Shown here: in pieces, positions 30,790 through 42,100 of the stretch | Position numbering within the stretch: the stretch's first letter is position 1 | How the letters are laid out: each line of letters starts with the position of its first letter | NCBI RefSeq assembly: GCF_009914755.1 | Contig: NC_060931.1 | Length of the DNA stretch: 64,000 nucleotides | DNA from: the human T2T-CHM13v2.0 reference genome, Homo sapiens | Strand: one strand, 5' to 3' | Notes under the pieces: model-generated | The model's database searches: none | Seen by the model: only the letters and a program-made list of their open reading frames with translations | What the model was told of the DNA's origin: nothing | Position numbers and translations under genes: made by a program

Positions 30790-32700
30790 TTTATTACCAT
30801 ATCTGATACAATAACGAATCCAGGTAGAAATGATGGCAATCTGGGAGGTACAGGTTTGAGTAAGCCAGACTGTCTGACTGGCAACTATAATTTGTTTTCA
30901 CAATTTGCAGTCCCAAAGAAAAGTTGTTTTAAATCTGTTAGTCTTCTAACAGCAGACCTGAAGGTTAGGCTATTGGCAACAGGCCAGGAGCCAGTAAAAA
31001 TATAAAAAGGTTAATCAAGGGGCATATTGGTCAAAGCTATAAGAATGGAGTGATGGAACACACTCTCACTTTTCTGTAGCTGGCACTGACCCTGAACAAC
31101 TGCATCAGCTTTTAATTGGGCTGAACTGTAAGTGAAACAGGCCCAGGTATTTATAAGAAATTCCTTAAATCCAGGGCCGTAATGAGTCAATTGCTTTGCT
31201 TCAGGTGGCAAAGTGAGAAATAAGCTTTTCCCCAAAAGGGGTAGGTTCTACTTCATGGAACGCCAAAATGATACTAAGGCCAGGTCAGCTGCATCCCTTT
31301 TCAAAGCTGTATCTGCCTTTTCAAAAGAGATGCACTTGGTAGCTGGGTCAGGCAGGTGGCACTGCTGTACTGGGAAATGGTTGAGTTCTCCAGCAGTCAT
31401 GGAGCCTTTAACCAAAGTTGTGATTTTCTTTTCTTCCCTCCTGGGATGATACATTATTTTTGCTGAATCACCCAGGGAGGGGAAAGGGGACAGGGGAACA
31501 CCTCTTTACATGCAGCAGCCCATGAATAGGAGAATCTCCTCTAAATCTGTAAGTATTCATAGTGTAAGAACATAAAATTATCAATACTAATTATACATTT
31601 AGCAGAGGAACCCAAAACAATAGTACACTGAATAGGCCCAGAGGCTCCATCTACATTTTAGCTTTTTAAAATTTGAGTGTTTTACCCCCTGTAGGAACAC
31701 AGACCAAGGAATTTAACATATGCACAAAAGGGACTACAGCCATAGCTGCCAGGAGACTACATTATTTCCTAACCAGGAGCATGGGGAAGACAAGGTAGCG
31801 GGGAAAATCTATTCTGCAGAGGACTGTGGTGGTGGGAAGGCTTTTCTTCTGCTTTGGTTTCTCACTCCAGGGTGACGCTGTGCTCCTGGAAGTGCTTGGG
31901 CCTAGGGGTCTCTAATTTGCCCCTGTGCATGCTGCTAGAACTCCACCCTGCAGTCCTCAGTGCCTTCAGCCTACCTTGACACCTACTGTGCTTTTTTCCC
32001 ACAGGACCACGTAGGATGGCGAATTGAGCATCTCTATTCAACAGAGCTAAAAAAAAGTCTGAATTTCTCTCCCTCCCTAAGGTTCCCTACCATATTTGGC
32101 TTTTATCTTAAGCAGCTGAGGTTAGAATAGAGGGGGTAGAGAAAAATGGGAGTCCACAAAGTAAAAGAGCAGCTATGTACCAGTCAGCAAGACTGCATTT
32201 ACATTCAATTTCAAGTGGCTGCCCACTCAGACTCCACAAATGAACTTATAATATACTTAGTCTACCCAAAGCTCCACATCCTCATTGCTGACATCTTTTA
32301 TGTTAGCTCTCAGAAGCCCTTCATTCAGCAGCTACAGCCATACTGCCTTTTGCCTTAGGGCCCTGAGGCTTGCTGTTTTGTTGATATAATAATAATTTTT
32401 CCTCCTCCAGCCTAGAGAGTGAGCAATAACCAAGGCACTATTTGAGAAGCTTCATTCATTTCCACCCCTCACTGCTTAGCCTCAAAAAATTCATTAACAG
32501 GCAGGTCGTTAGGAGACTCTTACTCTGTACTACTACCCCACCACTTAAACAAGAGCATTCGCTACTGGTCTCATATCCTCTAAACCAGCCCATAAGAGCC
32601 CTGTCATTTCTCTTTCAGGAAACCTTATCTCTGTCAACATCATATGCTTGTAGCCAAAAATGTCAAAAATTGTTTAGGGTCTGGGATTCTACCCTATTTA
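30790..32700 (-). mobile_element. Putative decayed ERVL-class internal sequence
   Basis: GC-richer block without L1 A-skew, abutting the LTR at 32708-33130. No unambiguous gag/pol motif seen. Confidence 0.35.
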
Positions 32701-32707
32701 TAAGCTG

Positions 32708-33130
32708 TGAAGCTAGCCTGTTACTGTTTCATGGATGCTAACATAAGATGTAAGATGCCTGGGTCCGAACCAAAGAACTGTATTACCCATGATGCAGCAA
32801 GCAGTATGAGCATGATATCAGTGAAAATTCACCTTGCCCTCCAAGTCCCTGGCAAAGGGACTGTGGATGCTCTGTATACTACGGGTTTTTTCACAGCTGA
32901 AGAGCACTGAGCTTGGGAAAGTTGCCATTTTTATAACAAAGAAAAGCAAGTCTGCTTGCATTCTATTTGTCTAGGGTGTCATTACTTCATTCCTCAAGGT
33001 TGCTAGCTACAACCCCTTCCTGAGAAATGGATGGAGTAAAGGGTAGTTCTGTTAGGGCTTTGCATTCTCAGCATATCCGGCAAGAATGTTCAGGGATATT
33101 CAGGGCTTATGGGGATTGTTTCTCCCAACA
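32708..33130 (-). mobile_element. ERVL LTR, MER54/MER88-like
   Basis: TG..CA ends (tgaagctagcctgttactgtttcatggatgct ... ttctcccaaca). Confidence 0.6.
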
Positions 33131-33628
33131 CACTCCCATTCAACCTAATACCAGAGGTCCTAGGCAGTACAAGAAGGCAAGAATATAAGTAAGTCTCACA
33201 TGTTTCAGGAAAAAGTAAACTATCTCTATTTGCAGACAATTGTCTATATAGAAAATACCATGGAATTCACACAAAAAACTCCCAAGACTAATATATGAAT
33301 TTAGTAAAGTTGCAGGATATGAGTTCAATATGATCCTAATTACATATACTAACAATAAACAATTGGATTTTTTTAAAAAATTAGGTGCTACTTCAACAGT
33401 ACTGAAGAAATAATTAAATACAAATCTAACAAAATATGTGCAGGATCTGTAGGCCAAGAACTACAAAATATTGACGAAATAAATGTAAAATGCCCTAAAA
33501 ATAGTAGAGATACTATGTTCATAAGTTAGAAGACTCAATACTGTTAAGATGTCATTTCTTTCCAAACTGATCTACAGATTCTCTGCAATACCAATCAAAA
33601 TAACAGCAGGACTTTTTATAGATATTGC
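33131..33628 (+). mobile_element. L1M ORF2 fragment
   Basis: ctatttgcagacaat, gaatttagtaaagttgcaggata, tgatctacagattc. Confidence 0.85.
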
Positions 33629-35392
33629 ACCCCTAAACAGAGATCAGAAGGTAGGAGTAACTGAAGAAACACTGCTGAATATACCTGGCAGAAAGACACC
33701 AGTGATTACAGTCTTTAAGAATTATTAATTAAACTCTTAAAATGCATTCATTTTCCCAAATGGATGACTCAAGTAGTATAGTGGATGTTACTGAGTTTAT
33801 AGTAGAACTACAGCCTATAGTAAAACTCTGCCATTCTCAGGCTCTTTATATAAAGAATGGCAGCCTTCTTACAAAAATGTTATGTATCTAACTAGTATCA
33901 ATAACAGAGCACTAGATTGTAGACAGTCAGCTATGTCCCCCAGCACAGCATAAGAGTCATAACAGCACAAAACAGGGGACTTGACACAGCTTTGTTAAAT
34001 ATGTAATCTAGTTGATCAATGGACTTGGCCTCAGGACACAAAATTAATTTGATTCTGCATAACTTAAGAGTAAGAGAATTATGCAAAGAAAAAAAGGAAG
34101 CAAGAGAAAAGAGAAATCAATGGGGTGATGGAGCACAAACATGGCTATTTGTGTAGTTCCTTGATGAAAATATAAGAGAAAAACATCAATAAAATCCATA
34201 ATATTTAGGAAGGCAAAGAGGGATAGTAAGCAGTCAAAACAGTAAACCAGAAAACTGGACATGAAGGTAATAATTTGGACAAAGCCCCAAAGTAGACATG
34301 CCAACAGTTGTGCAACAGAGGGAGGATAAATTGTAATAATAGTCACAGGATCCAAAGTGTAGGTATGGATGGAAAAATGGCAAGAAATGCCATGTATTTA
34401 CTTTTATAATGTATGTGATACTGGCAAATGACTTACAAACACAGTGTGAAAAATAAAAATGAAAAAAACGTAAATGCCCAATTTAGGTGAAGTAGGGAAG
34501 GATGGGAAAGAATGGCTTTGGATTTTCTATCTGTTAAGTGTATGCAATTCTGATGCATGTGCTTTATCAAATATAATCAGTATTCAGTTATTCTCATATA
34601 GAAAATGAATCACCAATGTTGTTGATTCTCTACGACTTCTGCTACTCCCCACTTGATGGAAGTTCAGCAGATGGTCCATTTCTATTTTTCTGATAAAGTA
34701 TTTGTTGTGAAAGAAATGTAAAGTTGAGAAGCCAAATAAAATCTCTGAATTGGCATTAAAGCAAAATAAACCTTTTTTCTATGGGCTCCAGTATCAGAGA
34801 GAGTTCAAGGTTTACTACGCTAAGTATCCACTGAAAAAGGACCCTTGTCGCAATACAGCTTAAAACTGATTTTCAGCAATTAAAAATTGTTTGTACATAG
34901 ATACCTTAAAATTGTTTCAAAGTACTTTCAGTTATGGTGAATTCCAATATTTCACAAAGCTGAGTTTTTATTTACAAACTCAGAGAATCTTCAAAACTGT
35001 GGCATCAGAACTAGCCACAAGCTGGGTAAGAATGATTTGATATGAATAGTACAATGTAAATATACAATAAATTACTCTGTCATAGTCACGGTTGTCAAAA
35101 TTTAAGAAAACAAATACATAAAATTAGTTAGAGACTTCCCATAGGAGGAATTAAAACAGATATGCAATTAAAATATTTATAACTAAAAAGAAAAGCACGA
35201 CTTTTAAAAAAGGATTTTAATTGAGCTGTATTTTGGGGTTAGAATCATATCTAGTGCTTAGTTATTATTAGGAAGTCAAACTGCTCTCCTAGGTTAGTAT
35301 ATAAAGGTTATATTAATTGCACAAAATATATTAAATGCACAAGTGTGAGTGTTACTACGGAAACAAGGATCTTCATAAATTGATAATCTGAA

Positions 35393-35690
35393 ATTATTAT
35401 TATTTTTTTTTTGAGACCTAGTCTCACCTTGTTGCCCAGGCTGGAGGGGTAGCGGTGCAATCGCAGCTCACTGCAATCTCTGCCACCCAGGTTCAAGCGA
35501 TTCTCATTCCTCAACCTCGCGAGGAGCTGGACTAGAGGCTTGTGCCACCATGCCTAATTTTTGTATTTTTTGTAGAGACAGGGTTTCACCATGTTGGCCA
35601 GACTGGTCTCGAACTCCTGACCTCAAGTGATCCACCCGCCTCAGCCTCCCAAAGTGCTGGGATTACAGGTGAGAGCCACTGCACCCGGTC
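35393..35690 (-). mobile_element. AluS
   Basis: Reverse-complement Alu dimer. Confidence 0.93.
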
Positions 35691-36446
35691 TGTAATTAAT
35701 TTTTTTCATGAAAATAATATAATCTGATTCTCAATCAGTAGTTGAGATATTTGCATATTTGTTAAAAACAGGGGAAGTTGGAATTACCTTGTTAAGATTT
35801 CGGCATACCTTGTTAATCACCAATTTGTGGTTTTTAAAAAGGAAATAAAATTATACTAAGCACTGTACACAATAAAAAAAGTTTGTGATATCTTATTTAT
35901 CCTTGGAGACAAGTTACTCATACAGAAAATAAAGAGCACTGTCTGTGCTCGAGCTACCATTATGGCTCAGAAACCCCAGATTTTGTTTTTTTGAAATAAT
36001 CTGAATATAACTTGAAAACACTGTCTCACAAAGAGTTAAACAAAGCACAAAAATATACTTCAACAAAAGGAATCAAAGTTGACCCAAAGGATGTTTGACT
36101 TGCCAAAAGTTATATAGGTAATAAATAGCAACTAAATCTAGATTATCCAATTCTAAGTCCCAAGACCTTCATAATTTTCCAAAGAGAGAAGGCCAACCGC
36201 CTAGTACAGCGTGGTTTGCAGTTTTAACATTGACTCTGCTGCTAACTTACCTTGACCCTTTCAAGTCAGTAAATTTCTCTGTACCTTTGTTTCTTCTACT
36301 TCATGGGGATATTCTGATGATAAACATAAGCAAATACTTGAACTCTGGCAGAAAAGCACTCTGCTGTGTTAATAATCTCCTCATCCCCATCACATATTTC
36401 CACTGATGCTATGCTTTCTCTGGTCTTAGTTTTAAGCTTAAATGAA

Positions 36447-36493
36447 TGTGTGTGCTGTGGTGTGTGTGTGTGTGTGTGTGTTTCGGTGTGTGT
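36447..36493. repeat. (TG)n microsatellite
   Basis: Direct reading. Confidence 0.9.
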
Positions 36494-37007
36494 AAGTTTT
36501 CTTTATAAATGGCTGGCATTCTAGCAAGATCCTTTTCCCCAACTTTCAAAACGCATGAATAGCAGCACAACATTTTCATTTTTAGAATTACCAAAGCCTT
36601 GCCACCCAAAGCTGTGCAGAAGATTTTAGAAATTCACAACAAAATTTTCCACCATATTACTCTCAACTTCTATAGAAATGCAACTCACAACTCATATTGG
36701 TCAGCTATTCCCCTATAAAGATTCAACACTACCAGTGGAAGATTATAAAAATGCATACGGCTTTTCAAATAATAAGAGAATAGTTCCAATTGCAAATAAA
36801 AACCAGTATACATTTTGAAAAATGAAGGTCACTAAATATTCCTAAAATAATGGAAACAGGTGATAATTAACATTCTAACAGTTTAGCCACATGTAATGTC
36901 CTCTATTTTGTCAACAGAGTCCAGCTGTTTTATCTACTTAAGTCTAAAAGAAATTTATCCTCATCATTAAAAACAGGAACTTATTTATAGGTAACTAAAA
37001 TTAACAG

Positions 37008-37116
37008 AAATTTAATTTTAAATATTTTAATTTTATTTTTAATATTAAATTTAATTTAAATTTAATTTAATTTAAAATTTTTAATTTAAATATTTAAATA
37101 TTTAATTTTAAATATT
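37008..37116. repeat. Pure A/T low-complexity tract (~108 nt), TTTAA/TTTAAA units
   Basis: No G or C across the interval. Confidence 0.9.
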
Positions 37117-37516
37117 CAGTACTTGTACCATTATTTTCATTTTGAAAATGTATCTATCTTATAATGATTTGGCTTTATAACTTATAAAGACATGTAACTT
37201 ACTTTATCCTTTAAAATAATATTTTACTAACAATATTAGCGTGTAGCTACATATCATATTTAAGAAACAGCAATCTACTAAGAAATGTGCCCAGGTCAAA
37301 AATAGAATAAGCCAATTGAAATAAAATATTATAGCAAATGATCAGTATACATCTACCAAATAAAAGGGTTATGAAAGGTGAAGACCAAGTAGTAATCTCC
37401 AAAAGTAATACAATGATTACTGATTGAAGTTTTATACCCGAGACTAAGCTACTATAATGAAATGTTTAAAAAATATTTTAGGGTATTATCACCTTAGGTC
37501 AATCTGATTATTATTT

Positions 37517-37562
37517 TGAATGAATGAATGAATGAAATGAATGAATACCCAAATGAATGAAT
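37517..37562 (+). repeat. (TGAA)n, probable L2 tail
   Basis: tgaatgaatgaatgaatgaaatgaatgaa. Confidence 0.75.
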
Positions 37563-37949
37563 ACTGAAGTCATGACAATGTTTAACACCTTGAGATGCTC
37601 ACAACAATTTGGAATACCCAGAGAAGATGACTTGAATACAAACAAACTATTTAAAATTCACTGTGGCTCACAGTAAAGATGCAGTGGGTTTCTATTTGTA
37701 GAACAAAGAATCTCAATCAAAAACCTATATATGACTAAAATATTCTCAAATGCAATTATCAAGGCTTTAGAAAGCATATATACTTTTTACTATGTAATTC
37801 TTTCCTGTTCCCCCACCTCCCTGCATTTTTTTTTAATGTTTGGCATAAGTGACCAACAAACCAGAATAGAATACACATTTTTAAAATACTAATTTACACA
37901 TATTCTATTTAAGAACAACATACAACCACTCATAAATTTAGCCTTTTTA

Positions 37950-38100
37950 AAAGTGTCCTTTATATAAAACAGTGGGGAGCGGGGGAAATCCCTGCTATAC
38001 ATATGAAGCACAGTTTAAGCCCAATACAACTGACCAATCAAAATTAGTGAATACACTGCATCTCTCTGCAGTGGAGAGAAGCGACAAGGTAGGCTGTCAT
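37950..38100 (+). promoter_or_regulatory. Candidate GPR22 core promoter (no CpG island)
   Basis: TATATAAA at 37961-37968, G-rich ggggagcggggg at ~37974-37985, TGACCAATCA (CCAAT/NF-Y) at 38031-38040, all just upstream of the exon-1 donor. Confidence 0.4.
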
Positions 38101-38484
38101 TCTGCAAAAGCTGCCCGAACAGGCTTTCCTCTGAAAAGCAGTGCCGTTCCTTTTTAGAAAGACTGAATCTAAATGTTGTCTCTGGAGACAAGAAGCCTTC
38201 AGTATGTTAAATTACTTTCATTATGTATTTTCAGATGCTTATTGATTCCACAGTAGGAAGAGTGAGAGACTGCAGCAGCCTCTAAGCAGCACTACATGTT
38301 CCATACATTAGCAGTACTGCTGAAACAATGGCACACTACAGACACATATTTTCATTAAGGTCATTTTCGAAGAGATGTTTATGACCCTCTTCCCCCAGTC
38401 CTCTACTAACAAGTGAACAAAATGAATCAATCCAAACTGGAAATGCTTCAACTACATCAAGAATTTATCAAATCTTTAGCAGAG
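38100..38484 (+). other. GPR22: Probable non-coding GPR22 exon 1 (5' boundary uncertain)
   Basis: Strong donor GAG|GTAAGA at 38484/38485 closes a locally GC-richer unique segment downstream of TATA/CCAAT-like boxes. Confidence 0.55.
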
Positions 38485-39410
38485 GTAAGATTTGTTCCTA
38501 TTATAGTATACAGCTGCTTTTGAACCGGCATAGTGGGGTAAAAATTACTTTGAAAAATTTCAGCCTAAATTTTAAGAGTTTGTTTAATTCTACTTATTGC
38601 TAGACATGTATTTTAAGATCTATTTCTTTTAAGACATGCTACATTTTAAATGTAATTTTTTAGGATGCATTGTTAAATACAAATATTCTTTGTAAATTCA
38701 TTATGAAGACAGCTTTTGAGTCACTTCAGATATACTAAATATTCTTAATGTAATCAGTACAGTTTTTCTCCAGTGTTTCAAAAATGCTTCTGTTTCTTAA
38801 AAGAACTAGGTTTACTATTTTGCTGTTACTTATTACTTAATTTTATGTTAAGTTTATTATTTGGCATGTTCACTGAAAATTAATTTGCAGTTACAATTTT
38901 TATTACCTTTTGTATTTCAACCACATGAACAATTCATCAATGGAAATTTATAGTATCTTATGAAATCTGTTTTAATGAGTTAAAATTCAAACCATGTGCT
39001 AATAATTAGGCAAGTTACAATATTTTTAGAGCAAAAAATGTTGTTAAATTTATTACAAAGAAGAAATAACAGTATGTTTAGTGTATGCTAATTGTTCATC
39101 ATCTCTGAAAATACAGGTTAGCTTCTAAAATGAGAGCAGAAATTAGTTTTAAAAAATATAGCTTTTCTCTCACAATTGTATTTGAAATGTGAACTCTATT
39201 GTTAAATAACATAATATATACAATCTTTATTAGGAAAAAAGACTTATTTAAAGAAACAATTTTATGCATATAGCTGTGGCTCTAATAATAACAGTTTGGT
39301 TATTTTGATAACAAATACTGGATAGTTTTTAAACAAAACTAAAGTAACTTGCAATTAATTACAAATTATTAAAAACCCTATTTCTTAACCAATTTTCTTC
39401 TTTTCACAAG

Positions 39411-40341
39411 GGCCAATAGCAGCTAATTCAGTATTTACAACTGACAATATGAAGAATGCAATTGACTGAGCATCTCCCTAGCTGTCTGAACTACGAACTG
39501 CAAGATGTTCTTGTAACACGACTTTAAGACATTAAGGAGTTAAAACCAGGGAATAGGTCTACATTACTGATGGAATATAAAAAATCAACTGTATCCTAAG
39601 AAGATGCTACATAAAATAACCACAAAAAGAAAAACAATATAACTGTAAAAGCCTGAAAAGAATTTTTAAAAGGGGAAGTTTATACTTTCATATACCAGAA
39701 TTGTGGAAGTTACTGATTCTGGAAGACATAATGAAACATGAATTTCCAAAAAGAAAAGAAAATACTTTATCAGCACACAAAAGGAAGATTTAGGAAGTGT
39801 TTTCTGCACTAAATATTCAGATATTCATATCAATTGGTATGACTAATGGATTTTTCTATCTGACTTTTATGACCAATTATGTATCCTCTTCTAATGAAAA
39901 CAAACAAAATTAAACAGCAGATGGTTTTTATCAAAAGGACATGGCCTGGATTTATAATATAAAGCAAGTTATGTGATCAAGAAATCATTTCAAAATAGTG
40001 AGCACTGCTATTAAAAACAGATTTACAATGGTAACAAAAGGATGTCTAAATATATTTTAGAAGCTACAAACGTTATGTTTCCTTTTTTGTTTTCACATAT
40101 TCTGGAAAATAAAGAAATATTATCATGTACTCCATCAAAGGGAAACATAATTCCTATCATCTGAGGAAATTCCTCTTGGCCGTGACTTTTTAAAGCAAAA
40201 CAAATACAAATATTATGTACTGTTCTTTAGAAATCCATCAGCCAACTAAATCTCATAATGCATGCAGTTGAAGTATTGGAGAGAAAACGAAAGAATTCCT
40301 ACAAGACATGAAATAAAACACAGCTACTTCACTGTTGTCAG
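39411..40341 (+). other. GPR22: Probable non-coding GPR22 5'UTR exon 2
   Basis: Acceptor ttttcttcttttcacaAG (39409-10) with branch-like cttaac upstream. Candidate donors are CAG|GTAAAA after 40341 and CAG|GTAGGT after 40438. The sequence is repeat-free, and I recall GPR22 having non-coding upstream exons. Confidence 0.55.
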
Positions 40342-42049
40342 GTAAAAATTCATGTCAAAATCTGTCAATGATATCATGTATCAATTTGCCAAAAACTGTC
40401 ATAGTGAACCAAAAGGCCCATAAGGCAACAGCAAACAGGTAGGTCAGAAGATGCATGCACCCCACCACACTGTTTAACATTTACGAAAGAACAGAATCTT
40501 GCTCTAGAGAAAATGTATTTTTCTTAATCATCATTTAACTTGACATTTCTGCTTTATTTAATTATAAATCTAACTGATGTGACAAAGACCTGATGTTTAA
40601 TCTGTCAGTTCAGAAAATTTGGCACACTTAAAATTTTCCATTTTTATAGGATTTCAATGTTAGCTAAGACCTTAACTTACTCGAATAAATATACCTCTAG
40701 TAATACTTCATACTAATTCAAAAGAAATAATGTTACCATTTGTGTTTCTGCAATATTATTCCCAAAAAAGTTCATAAATAAAACTGTATTCTAAAACTTG
40801 TCAAATATAACATTAAGTGAAAGTTAACATGAATTTTGAAAATTATTAGCTTTTATAATTTATGTTGAATATGATTTTGCAGTTGAAATGCTGTATTTGA
40901 AATGTGAAATATAGTTGGTTGTATGAGTTCATATTTTAAAATGAATATACTGATTAACTGACATTTTAGCCCAGAACATTAGACATTATTTTTTACAAAT
41001 TATTCTAAACCCCTATATATTAAAATATAGATTTGCATGAATTAGCAAAAGCGTTTGTATTTTTTTTTAATTTTTCTTCAAAATTAGACAATGGGTGATA
41101 TATACAAAAGGCTTCACAGGTAATGTGTAACTTTAAAAGCTTCCTCAAAAAACGGGCTTCACATACTCCTTTTCCCTAAAATTTCATCTTTTACTTTAAA
41201 AACTCAGTTTAAACAATGTCAACTGATATATTCCTTTAAACTACTTCAAAAATGGCTATTTCTTAATGTGATATTAAATTTCAATTTTCTGTTTCCACAA
41301 GATACAAGAGGGTGTGGTCACAAAATAAATCATTTCATAGGAGTGATTAATGCTCTTTTACCAAGCTTTGTAGCTTTTTATTTTAGCATAATGTCCCACT
41401 TCTTCTAATTTTTAAGTTTGCCAACTGCAAAGTTCAGTGAGCACTGTAACTGTGATATGTAAAATATTAATCACTGGCCTATTTCTGTGGGAAATAACCC
41501 CAAATATCACCAAGCACATTGTTGACTTCTGAATATGAATTCAATCAACATGGATAAAGCATCTTAAACTAGTGCTCTGTACCATTTGTCATTTTAAATG
41601 AACACTTGTCCTGTTCATTTGAAATCTCACAGGAATAATTACACCTACACTCATTATGCTAGAGCATATTAAAATAGCATTCATTTGGTACCTACTCACA
41701 ACATTTAAATGAAATTTTAAGACACTGGGCTGAAATTAATTTTGTATGCTAGGAAGTTTTATCATACAAAAATACACTTTATCTCAAATAATAAGCTTGA
41801 AATACTCAAATGAGAAAAGCCCTTTAGCATATTAACTTTGCACTACAGAGGAACAATTTCCATAGTTATTTCTTCAAAAGGAAAACACAATTTTCTTTTA
41901 TATCAAAACAATGCAAACTTGATGGTTCTTAATTCTACATTTTCTATTAATAGTTTACAAACTTAAAAATTAAACTAAGTACACAATTGAAAGATTTTTT
42001 TTTCTTACAAAGAACACGTTATACGTCATTTAAATTGCCAAATATCAAA

Positions 42050-42100
42050 TAGTTTATTCTATTTCACTTTCTAGGGAAAAAAACCAACTGCTCCAAAAGA
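42050..42100 (+). other. GPR22: Splice acceptor and short 5'UTR portion of the GPR22 coding exon (exon starts 42075)
   Basis: Pyrimidine tract tttattctatttcactttctAG ends at 42074, 26 nt before the ATG. Confidence 0.8.

Noticed and set aside
34044-34355. Hydrophobic 103-aa ORF resembling a membrane protein
   Set aside because: Starts at TTG. Hydrophobicity follows from the T-rich minus strand, and no family motif was recognised.
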